IMG/VR virus record: IMGVR_UViG_3300017937_000034 | Coordinates: 1-50,836 of that record | Length of the DNA: 50,836 nucleotides | DNA from: a virus | Taxonomy: Duplodnaviria > Caudoviricetes | Direction: 5' to 3' (one strand) | Part shown: one piece after another, positions 28,721 through 36,789 of the stretch | Numbering within the stretch: position 1 is the stretch's first letter | Layout: each line of letters starts with the position of its first letter | Made by a program: the position numbers and the translations under genes | The notes under the pieces: generated by a model | What the model was told of the DNA's origin: nothing | Databases searched by the model: none | Seen by the model: only the letters and a program-made list of their open reading frames with translations

Positions 28721-29536
28721 CTAGACACGCTTTCGCAGGCTCTTAGTCGTTTCTAACAACGAGTCGACGATCGAGACGATGCGTTCTTGTTCCTTCGCTG
28801 GGGGTACAGGAGTCGTGATCGCGAACAGGTCGGCGCCAGACACGCTTGGGAATGTTGAGCCACGACCAGCGTCCAAGATGTCCTGCCGCAGGGCGAGGAT
28901 GAAGTAGTCCAAGTAGCGCTGCGACATCCGAGACCGGATGGCCGCAACGCCTCGACCTATGCAAGCGTCGGTGCCAGCGACGTTGGTCCTTCCGGTCGTA
29001 GCGCCACGGACGCAGATCAATAAGTCGCCAGGAGCACAGAGCTTGGTGGGCCTGGTCGTGTACTGAACCGCCTCAGGGTGGTCAAGCCATCCAGGGCCGA
29101 ACTCCGCGGGCCCGTTGATAAGCGGCATTCCCTGGCCGGTGGTGTTGTAGGTGTTGCCAGGAGGGCTTTGGCCCATGATCACGTCGGCTACTTCACTAAG
29201 AGGAGCCATCGCCCAGTGCTCGGGCACGGTCGTGACGCTCGACTCAATCAGGCCTCGTGCCTTCCTGCGAGAACCGCGACGCGCTGGCCTTTCATCTTCT
29301 TGAGGCAGCTCTGCAAGTAGGTCTTTACCTGTGCCATCGGCCAGTTCCCGCTCGGACAACTTCCCGGAAATAGCCAGCTTTAGGATGGCTGCGTCGAGGT
29401 CGCGGATGTCTTCGGCATCGACGACCAGGTCATGTAGGTGTCGCAAGGCGAAATCTCCATCGCCATTGCCAAGCCTCTTCATCGCCACAGACACAAGCAG
29501 CCGACGGGTACGAGCGATGGATGAGAAGTCACTCAC
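28721..29536 (-). CDS. hsdS: Type I R-M specificity subunit, half-size (one TRD)
   Basis: ILKLAISGKL conserved block, VPEHW, one TRD (MGQSP...GSTFPSV), then PPAKEQERIV and stop. Confidence 0.85.
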   Translation of the reverse strand: MSDFSSIARTRRLLVSVAMKRLGNGDGDFALRHLHDLVVDAEDIRDLDAAILKLAISGKLSERELADGTGKDLLAELPQEDERPARRGSRRKARGLIESSVTTVPEHWAMAPLSEVADVIMGQSPPGNTYNTTGQGMPLINGPAEFGPGWLDHPEAVQYTTRPTKLCAPGDLLICVRGATTGRTNVAGTDACIGRGVAAIRSRMSQRYLDYFILALRQDILDAGRGSTFPSVSGADLFAITTPVPPAKEQERIVSIVDSLLETTKSLRKRV

Positions 29537-30972
29537 TTCGAACTCCCGAGAGCGGTTGCGAGCGTTTGTCGAATCGTCTCCAACTCGGATCGGAAGGTGG
29601 AGCGTTGGGCGTCGTAAGCATCTAGGACCGTTTCTGGGTCAGCCTCGAGCTCGGCAACCACTGAGGGGTTCTTTATATTTAGATCAAAGTTTCGCTTACG
29701 CACCTCGTCAATCGGAACTGACCACGCGACGTCGGAGGGGCTGCGATCATTCCACCAAGCGCGAAGAGGAGCAAACTCATCGATTGAAATCGGCTTGGTC
29801 TTGTTGTAGGACTTCACACCGTCAGGCAGGCGATGTTCGTAGTACCAGATTTCCTTAGTCGGCCTGCCTTTTGTGAAAAAGAGCAGGTTGGTGGCGATGC
29901 TCGTATATGGCGCGAAGACGCTGCCGGGCAAGCGGACGATCGTGTGCAAGTCACACTCTTCGGTTAGCTTCTCCTTGATTCGGGTCTTAACCCCTTCGCC
30001 AAAAAGGGTCCCGTCCGGAAGCACCAAGCCTGCTCGACCGCCATCCTTCAGCAGACGCATGATCAGCACCAGGAACAGATCAGCCGTCTCCCTCGTCCTG
30101 ACGTCCCTTGGAAAGTTTGATTCGATTCCCGGCTCTTCTGTGCCGCCAAAGGGAGGATTGGTAACGACAACGTCTACCTGGTCCTTGGGACCGTAATCAC
30201 GAAGAGGGCGGGACAACGTGTTGCCCCGACGCACCGACGTTGGTGCGTCGATTCGATGCAACATCATGTTCGTCAAACACAGCAGGTGTGGCAGCTGTTT
30301 CTTCTCAATCCCTCGAACAGAGGCCTGGAGAAGTTCCTCGTCGGCCGGCGTGGAAACCTGCAGTCGCAAATGATCAATGGTGTTTGCCAGAAAGCCACCG
30401 GTGCCACACGCTGGGTCGAAGACGATTTCTCCAAGCTGCGGATCGACCATCTCGACGATGAATTGTGTGAGCGCGCGAGGCGTGTAGTACTCCCCTGCGT
30501 TGCCGGCGCTCTGGAGGTCCTTCAGAAGCTTTTCGTAGAGATCATTGAACTGGTGCCGGTCTGACTGAGTGTTGAAGTCGATCGTATTGATTTTGTTGAT
30601 TACTTGGCGAAGCAGAGTTCCGCTTTTCATGTAGTTGTATGAATCTTCGAACGCCTCTCTAACGATCAACGTCCGAGGGTTTCCGTTCGAGCTAAGCGCC
30701 CGCAAGGCCGGAAACAGATCGTTATTGACAAAGTTGTTCAGGCCTTCACCTGTAAGACCTTCTTCGTCCGCGGCCCAGTTACGCCATTGATACTTCTCCG
30801 GGATTGCCGAGGCGTACCCGGAGACCATGAACTCGAGTTCTTGCTCGGTGTCATCGAAAATTTTCAAAAAAATCATCCATACCAGCTGGCTGAGCCGCTG
30901 TGCGTCGCCGTCGACGCCTTGGTCCTGCCGCATGATGTCCTGGATGGACTTGATCAGACCCGAGGTGATCAC
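29533..30972 (-). CDS. hsdM: Type I R-M N6-adenine methyltransferase (EcoAI/type IB-like)
   Basis: GEYYTPR, DPACGTGGF and NPPF; GVDGDAQR N-terminus. Confidence 0.96.
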   Translation of the reverse strand: MITSGLIKSIQDIMRQDQGVDGDAQRLSQLVWMIFLKIFDDTEQELEFMVSGYASAIPEKYQWRNWAADEEGLTGEGLNNFVNNDLFPALRALSSNGNPRTLIVREAFEDSYNYMKSGTLLRQVINKINTIDFNTQSDRHQFNDLYEKLLKDLQSAGNAGEYYTPRALTQFIVEMVDPQLGEIVFDPACGTGGFLANTIDHLRLQVSTPADEELLQASVRGIEKKQLPHLLCLTNMMLHRIDAPTSVRRGNTLSRPLRDYGPKDQVDVVVTNPPFGGTEEPGIESNFPRDVRTRETADLFLVLIMRLLKDGGRAGLVLPDGTLFGEGVKTRIKEKLTEECDLHTIVRLPGSVFAPYTSIATNLLFFTKGRPTKEIWYYEHRLPDGVKSYNKTKPISIDEFAPLRAWWNDRSPSDVAWSVPIDEVRKRNFDLNIKNPSVVAELEADPETVLDAYDAQRSTFRSELETIRQTLATALGSSK

Positions 30973-33431
30973 GATGTGGTCTCCTGATATAGCTCGTTGA
31001 TAAGGCTCGTGACGACGGACTCGTAGGCTTCGCGGCTTCCGAAAAGACGAATGATCTCCATCGGAGACCCGATGCTTGAGATCGGAGCGACTCGAAGCAC
31101 GCCGATATCTTCGATCGACCGCACCCCTGCCTCGACGTACTTGGCTAGCAGCCCGTCGACCAGCTGGCGCTGCTCCGCTGTATACCGTTGCGCGAACGCG
31201 GCGACGTTCGGCCTAGCGGCTCGATCACCTCGGGACGGATAGAAGGGTGGATTGGCATACACGACATCAAGACCGACATCGAAGGGGTCGAGCGCGGGGT
31301 CTCGTTGCTCGACGAGGTCTTCTAGCGGGATACCCTCGTCCCCTAGTTGATCAAGCAGATCGGCCTTGCTAGGTGCGTCGCGCCAGGCGGTCACAAAGTC
31401 AATGGCGGATGGGTAGCGCTTGAGTAGCTCGTCCTTCGTGAACTGGCCGAGGTTTGTCGTGATCGCCTTGCCATCAGCTCCGACGAGCTCGACTGTCTCT
31501 CCGACGATGTTGACTGTCTGGCCACTTACGATCAAACGTTTCTTCCTAGGGCTGCGTGGCCCCGGAAGGATGACGTGCGGTCCATCGTCGTCCTCGTCAT
31601 CGTCGGTCTCATCGACGTCGTCGAGGTCTTCGATGATCTCGTCCATGTCGGTGTCATCGCTGGCCTCGATCACCTTGACCGGATCACCGTCAAACGCTTT
31701 GTCCTCGAACAGCTTCGTGACGTTGCGGAAGTCGAGGATGACGAAGAACCACTTGCCGTAGTCCTCACGAACTCGGCTGCCACGCCCGATCATCTGCTTG
31801 AACTCGGTCATCGACTCGACCTTGCTGTCCAGCACGATGATCTTGACCGTCTGTGCGTCGACGCCCGTCGACAGCAGCTTCGACGTCGTAGCAATGACCG
31901 GGTAGCGCATTTCGGGGTCGATGAAGTTGTCGAGCTCCTGCTTGCCGACGTTGTCGTCGCCGGTGATCTGCATGACGTAGCGAGAGTCCTCCGCTACCTG
32001 GGTCGGGTTGAGGTTGACCAACTGCCTCCGCATCCGTCCGGCGTGCGCAATGTCACGACAGAACACGAACGTCTTGTTGAACTGGCTCGTGTCCTGGAGG
32101 TAATCGGTCAAGCGCTTGGCCACCTGATGGTTGCGCTGCGGGAGCACCAAGTCGTCGTCGAAGTCGTCACGGGTGTAGAGCCGGTCCGGGATGGGGACAC
32201 CTCGGTCGTCGGTCTCACCTTCGCTGGGTCGCCAGCCATCACGGTCGACGTCGAGCTGAACCCGCACCACCTTGTACGGGGCAAGGAAGCCATCGTCGAT
32301 GCCCTCGCGTAGCGAGTAGGTATAGACCGGCTCGCCGAAGTAGTCGATGTTGCTGACTTCCGTTGTCTCCTTCGGAGTCGCAGTCATGCCCAGCTGGATC
32401 GCTGAGTTGAAGTACTCCAGAATCGCCCGCCAAGCGCTGTTCTCCCGCGCGCTCCCGCGATGGCACTCGTCGACGATGATCAGGTCGAAAAAGTCAGGCG
32501 AGAACTGCTTGTAGATGTCATCGGTGCCCTCGGGTCCCGTGACGGCCTGGTACAGCGACAGGTAGAGCTCGAAGCTCTTGTCGATCTCCCGGTCGGGGGC
32601 GATGCCATCTTCGACCGACCCGGTCCCCGCGACCTTGGTGATCGTTCCCCGGGACGCACTCAGCTTGGCCATGCGACCGCTGAACATGGTGAAGTCATTC
32701 ATCATGGTCTGGTCGATCAAGATGTTGCGGTCGGCCAAGAACAGCACCCGAGCTTGACCCTTGGTCGGGTTGATCTGTTTGAAGGCCTCCATGAACCGCC
32801 AGATGATCTGCGCAGCGGTGTAGGTCTTGCCAGTGCCCGTGGCCATGACTAGGAGCAGGCGGCGGTCGCCTGCGGCGATGCGCTCCATGACTCGGTTGAC
32901 AGCCACACGCTGGTAGTAGCGGGGGCGCCGGCCGGAGCCGTCGTCATAGAACTTGGTGGTCAGGATGGGCTCGAGGGCCTCGTCCTCGATGCCCTTCCAC
33001 TGCTTGTAGATGGCATACAGTTCTTCACGGGACGGGAACTCATCGAGGCCGATCTCGACCTCGGTTTCGTCACGTATCCCGGACCGGTCGTGCCAGACGA
33101 AGCTGTCACCGTTGCTCGTGAAGACCGACGGCACGTCCAGATTCTCGGCGTACTCGATGGCCTGCTGCATGCCATCGCCTACCTCGTGGTTGTTGTCTTT
33201 GGCTTCCACGACGGCGATGGGAAGGTTCGGGCGGTACTCGAGCAGGTAGTCGACACGCTTGGGCTTCTTGCGTTGTCCTGTTCGCCCCCGCACCTGGATG
33301 CGGCCGGCGGAGAAGTAGTAGTACTCCTCCCGCATCGCCTCTAGGGGCCAGCCGGCGGCGCTGATGGCAGGCGTGATGAACCGAGTCCTAATCTCGGTCT
33401 CGGTCAGCGCCGACTTGTCAGGCTCTGTCAC
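30969..33431 (-). CDS. hsdR: Type I R-M restriction subunit (EcoAI/EcoEI-like)
   Basis: VDY...VVEAK nuclease, MATGTGKT, DECHRG, TATP and QMIGRGSR. Start placed at GTG 33431 (MTEPDKSALTETEI). Confidence 0.95.
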   Translation of the reverse strand: MTEPDKSALTETEIRTRFITPAISAAGWPLEAMREEYYYFSAGRIQVRGRTGQRKKPKRVDYLLEYRPNLPIAVVEAKDNNHEVGDGMQQAIEYAENLDVPSVFTSNGDSFVWHDRSGIRDETEVEIGLDEFPSREELYAIYKQWKGIEDEALEPILTTKFYDDGSGRRPRYYQRVAVNRVMERIAAGDRRLLLVMATGTGKTYTAAQIIWRFMEAFKQINPTKGQARVLFLADRNILIDQTMMNDFTMFSGRMAKLSASRGTITKVAGTGSVEDGIAPDREIDKSFELYLSLYQAVTGPEGTDDIYKQFSPDFFDLIIVDECHRGSARENSAWRAILEYFNSAIQLGMTATPKETTEVSNIDYFGEPVYTYSLREGIDDGFLAPYKVVRVQLDVDRDGWRPSEGETDDRGVPIPDRLYTRDDFDDDLVLPQRNHQVAKRLTDYLQDTSQFNKTFVFCRDIAHAGRMRRQLVNLNPTQVAEDSRYVMQITGDDNVGKQELDNFIDPEMRYPVIATTSKLLSTGVDAQTVKIIVLDSKVESMTEFKQMIGRGSRVREDYGKWFFVILDFRNVTKLFEDKAFDGDPVKVIEASDDTDMDEIIEDLDDVDETDDDEDDDGPHVILPGPRSPRKKRLIVSGQTVNIVGETVELVGADGKAITTNLGQFTKDELLKRYPSAIDFVTAWRDAPSKADLLDQLGDEGIPLEDLVEQRDPALDPFDVGLDVVYANPPFYPSRGDRAARPNVAAFAQRYTAEQRQLVDGLLAKYVEAGVRSIEDIGVLRVAPISSIGSPMEIIRLFGSREAYESVVTSLINELYQETTS

Positions 33432-33553
33432 GCGCGAACGCTCCGCTCTACTGTCCGATTTGCCGTATGTGGTGCCCGACCAGTTTCTGATCAGCGCGAA
33501 CGCTACCCGCGCGGTCCGACAGAAACGCCGAGGTGCCGCAGCGGCACGCGGGG

Positions 33554-33979
33554 CTAGCGGCGGAACTTCTGGAGGACGTCCCCAGAGTCCTCGTGCACCC
33601 AGTTGCCCCACCCGTTGATGGCCCCGCCCGTACAGGCGCCAAGGGCCGGCGAAGGCTTGTCGAACTCCCCAAGGTCGGGATCGATGACCTTGATCCAGCC
33701 ATCCGCCGTCACCTCTGCGCGGAAGGTGCGCTTGCGCCGGGGCTGCTCGCAGATGAGCTTGTCGCCGGGCTGGAGCGACCCGTCCTCGATGGCGCCCATG
33801 AGGGCGCCCGGCTTCCTCGAAGGCTTGGCCGGTGAGGAGCGATGGCCTCCGTTCAGCACCACCCTCCTAAGCACGTCGTTCGGGCTCTTGTCGACGAACG
33901 GCTGCGCCATCGCCTGCAACGCCTCCCACACCTCGGTGTCGATCTTGATGGTGTGCTGGCTGGTCGAGCTAGGAGGCAT
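33554..33979 (-). CDS. SeqA-N-like ribbon-helix-helix + RAMA-like domain protein
   Basis: TIKIDTEVWEAL...SPNDVLRR resembles the SeqA N-terminus; G.LQPGD.L...AEVTADG...F..PS.A...INGW..W resembles RAMA. Confidence 0.7.
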   Translation of the reverse strand: MPPSSTSQHTIKIDTEVWEALQAMAQPFVDKSPNDVLRRVVLNGGHRSSPAKPSRKPGALMGAIEDGSLQPGDKLICEQPRRKRTFRAEVTADGWIKVIDPDLGEFDKPSPALGACTGGAINGWGNWVHEDSGDVLQKFRR

Positions 33980-34010
33980 CGGGCGCTCCTCTCTGATCTG
34001 CGTGCTGCCA

Positions 34011-34038
34011 AGCGTACAGATTAGAGACGAGTTGTCAA
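34011..34038 (-). promoter_or_regulatory. Sigma70-type promoter of the RAMA-hsd operon
   Basis: Minus strand TTGACA-16 nt-TACGCT, followed by an AGAGGAG SD before ATG 33979. Confidence 0.55.
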
Positions 34039-34082
34039 CGTGCCACCGGTGGTCGGCCGCGTCGACCTAACCTGTTCACCGC

Positions 34083-34829
34083 ATGGCCACCGTCCAACAG
34101 GTACTCGACATCGCTCGTTCGCAGCTCGGCTACGTCGAGTCGCCCGCAAGGTCGAACAACACGAAGTACGGCGCGTGGTTCGGGATGAACGGCGTGCCTT
34201 GGTGCGAAATCTTCAAGCAGTGGTGCGCGGATCAAGCGGGCCTACAGCCGATCACCAGGACTGCGAGCGTCTACGTGAAGATGGCGGCGTACCAAGCAGC
34301 GGGCCGGTTCTTCACGACTGACCCACGACCAGGTGATGAGGTGTTCTGGTCGTTTGGCGAGGGCCACACCGAATGGTTGGAGCGAGTTCCTCTGACCGGA
34401 CGCACCTTGGTCTGCATCGGCGGCAACACCTCTAGCGGCAACGGCAGCCCCGACAACGGCGGCGAAGTAGCGCGTAGAACGCGAGCTTGGAACAGCCAGT
34501 GCCTTGGGTTCGGACGACCCGCTTACTCAGTCATGCCGGACCCTCCGGCACCAGCAACACAGGAGGACGACATGGCTGATCCACGCTGCGTCGAGTACCC
34601 AACCGGAGCCAAGACCAAAGTCGACGCGCAGGGCGACATCTTCAACGCCGGCACGCCCTACTTCGGGTCGCTCAGCGAGCTACCGGCTGACAAGCGCCAG
34701 GGCGTCACCAGCATCGAGATGCTGACCAAGGCCGACCCCAACGACCCGAACGCCGGCTACAAGATGTGGGCTCAGAACGGCAACGGCTACCTCTTCAACG
34801 CGGAGCTGTGGAAGTCGCTAGGCCACTAG
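34083..34829 (+). CDS. Endolysin, CHAP-type
   Basis: ARSQLGYVE, PWC, PRPGD, GHT, GNT and GFGRPAY. Confidence 0.85.
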   Translation: MATVQQVLDIARSQLGYVESPARSNNTKYGAWFGMNGVPWCEIFKQWCADQAGLQPITRTASVYVKMAAYQAAGRFFTTDPRPGDEVFWSFGEGHTEWLERVPLTGRTLVCIGGNTSSGNGSPDNGGEVARRTRAWNSQCLGFGRPAYSVMPDPPAPATQEDDMADPRCVEYPTGAKTKVDAQGDIFNAGTPYFGSLSELPADKRQGVTSIEMLTKADPNDPNAGYKMWAQNGNGYLFNAELWKSLGH

Positions 34830-35165
34830 GTGAACATCCTCATTGTCGAAGACGATAAGGGTGTCGCTCTGCTGTTCCAGTTCGTCCTACAAGGGGCCGG
34901 ACACACAGCACAGGTTTGGACATCAGACTTCGAGGCCGTTGCGAAGGTGGCTCCCTGGGACCTGATCGACGTAGTCATCGCCGATCAACAACTTGGTGAA
35001 TACGATGGGAAAGAGCTACTTCGATGGGTCAGTGACAATCGTCCATCTGTACGTCGTGTAATGATCACTGGGAGTTCACTCACCAACGAGATCGAAGCGT
35101 CAGCCGACGTCGTCTTGATCAAGCCCGTGTCGGCGGGAAGCATTCTCGACAGCTTGAGCCCATGA
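34830..35165 (+). CDS. Stand-alone response regulator receiver domain (CheY-like)
   Basis: ILIVEDD, VVIAD (phospho-Asp), DGKELL, MITG and KP; no output domain. Confidence 0.9.
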   Translation: MNILIVEDDKGVALLFQFVLQGAGHTAQVWTSDFEAVAKVAPWDLIDVVIADQQLGEYDGKELLRWVSDNRPSVRRVMITGSSLTNEIEASADVVLIKPVSAGSILDSLSP

Positions 35166-35653
35166 CCGCGCGCGATGACGACAACCTGCCGGACCGAAGA
35201 CAACCAAACGTGGATTTAGAACGACGCATAGACCAGGTTGACTCAAAGGTCGACCGCGTCGGTGATCGGGTCGAAGCGGTCGGAAACGAGATGCGCTCGA
35301 CACTTGAGATGTTGATGAAGCAGCAGGACGACCACTGGAAGTGGTTCGAGCAGCGATCCGACATGGACTCTCGCAATCAGAAGCAGGCGATCGAACTCCT
35401 CACTTCGTCAATGGTCAAGGTCCAACAGGACGTCGGGTCAGTAGAGACGCAGGTCGACATGCTCGAACGCGACCAGCAGGTCGCAGCAACCAAGCTCGAG
35501 GGCCAGAAGGCTAACGCCGACCTCGTCCACGACGAGCTACTCCGACGGATCGAGCAGATCACCGAAAACCTGAAGTGGGTTACCCGCACGCTCGTCGCAT
35601 CCTTACTCACCATAGGTGGCGGCCTGGTGCTGTTCTTTGTCACCCACCCGTAG
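35162..35653 (+). CDS. Coiled-coil protein with C-terminal TM helix (lysis cassette)
   Basis: Heptad-like pattern, single C-terminal TM, ATGA overlap. Confidence 0.75.
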   Translation: MTARDDDNLPDRRQPNVDLERRIDQVDSKVDRVGDRVEAVGNEMRSTLEMLMKQQDDHWKWFEQRSDMDSRNQKQAIELLTSSMVKVQQDVGSVETQVDMLERDQQVAATKLEGQKANADLVHDELLRRIEQITENLKWVTRTLVASLLTIGGGLVLFFVTHP

Positions 35654-35710
35654 TCAGTTCGGTGCGAAGCTATGTCGGGGTCCGCAAATAGCGGGCAGCA
35701 AGGAACCACC

Positions 35711-36124
35711 GTGGACTTCGGAGCACTCATTGCTTTTGGAGCGACTGGCGTCAAGAAAGCCGTCGATCTCATTAGCTTCTTACTCGCCCGTCAATGGGCA
35801 GCAGTCGTCAAGCAACTCGCCGCCTATGCGGGCGGCATCGCCATCACATTCATCTGCGCTCACAGCGACTTCGCCAACTACCTCGGTATCGCCGGGTTGA
35901 ACAACTGGTCGCTAGTAATCGCCGGCCTACTTCTCGCCTCAGCCGGATCGGTTGGTGCTGATCTCATCGCAGCGGCAGACAACACCCAGTCAGCAGCCGC
36001 CCCTCGCTTCTCGCTCCACCTGTTCAAGAAACGCGCGAAGACCGTGGAGCCTGAGACCACAGCCGCAGCTCCAGTAGTGGCCCCTCAGACAACCAAGCCG
36101 AGAACGCGCAAGGCTGCCAAGTAG
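35711..36124 (+). CDS. Holin-like membrane protein
   Basis: About 3 hydrophobic segments and a basic C-tail; AAGGA SD before GTG 35711. Confidence 0.65.
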   Translation: MDFGALIAFGATGVKKAVDLISFLLARQWAAVVKQLAAYAGGIAITFICAHSDFANYLGIAGLNNWSLVIAGLLLASAGSVGADLIAAADNTQSAAAPRFSLHLFKKRAKTVEPETTAAAPVVAPQTTKPRTRKAAK

Positions 36125-36166
36125 CCGCTAATCTGCGGACAAGGCGTTCTGCACGGACGCACAGAA

Positions 36167-36206
36167 GACCCCGACTGAGCCCTCCCGCCGTGGCTCGTCG
36201 GGGTCC
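36167..36206 (+). terminator. Hairpin after the lysis cassette
   Basis: GACCCCGAC/GTCGGGGTC plus GAGCC/GGCTC stems between convergent genes. Confidence 0.55.
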
Positions 36207-36213
36207 TTCGCGT

Positions 36214-36513
36214 CTAGAGCGAGATGTCATGGACGATCGCGAGTCCTGAGGGCTGCCTGGCCCCATCGGCTAGTCCGGCGCTGACGGCGAGTTCGGCCAG
36301 TAGAGGCTCTACTTGGCGCCCCTTGGCCTCCGCGAGAAGAACCTCGGCGACGAAGCGCTTGTCGAGCTTGCGAGCCGCCACAAGACGCCCGAGGGCCTCT
36401 CCCGACCGTCTGAGCTGATCAGCCACACGGCCATCGGGGCACTGCTCGATGCGCCTTAGTTGATAGCGGATAGCAGCGGCATAAGCACGAGGTAGGTCGT
36501 AAACCAGGTCCAT
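36214..36513 (-). CDS. Hypothetical protein resembling the helical domain after Prim-Pol in actinobacterial replication proteins
   Basis: YAAA...PDG...L...ALGRLVAA..L...GL.DG..QP pattern. Confidence 0.5.
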   Translation of the reverse strand: MDLVYDLPRAYAAAIRYQLRRIEQCPDGRVADQLRRSGEALGRLVAARKLDKRFVAEVLLAEAKGRQVEPLLAELAVSAGLADGARQPSGLAIVHDISL

Positions 36514-36679
36514 TGGCCGGCAAGTCTTATCGGCCTGAGATGCTCCGCGCGGCCAGAAATGACAAGTTCTTGTAGTTTCTTGACCGATGCTCCCAGCCCT
36601 GACAGACGGCCGCCGTAACCAAATTGAGATGTTGTCGATCTATGGCGGTCTTTTGCATTGGCTTTCGCTTTTCCGCTCA

Positions 36680-36707
36680 GCAGCACGAAGTGCTGCGTAT
36701 GTCTGGG
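36680..36707 (+). other. Candidate oriT (MOBF nic site)
   Basis: Inverted repeat GCAGCAC-GAA-GTGCTGC followed by GTATGTCT, resembling R388 IR-TGCGTATTGTCT^; ~85 nt upstream of the relaxase gene. Confidence 0.65.
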
Positions 36708-36789
36708 TCCCTCAATTCCCCCGCCCTTGCGCAAACCGGCGCCGTGTCCCCATGCTGCGTGAACCGATAGCAGCAGAGGGGGTCGTGAC

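Noticed and set aside
33491-33530. 18/22 similarity to 43928-43949
   Set aside because: Matches of this level are expected by chance in 50 kb of GC-rich DNA.
33432-33611. N-terminal extension of HsdR in the ORF track
   Set aside because: Overlaps the RAMA gene; HsdR-like sequence starts at GTG 33431.
36043-36056. GTGGAGCCTGAG resembling the tRNA-Ala 3' end (possible att)
   Set aside because: Short, gapped and inside the holin-like CDS.
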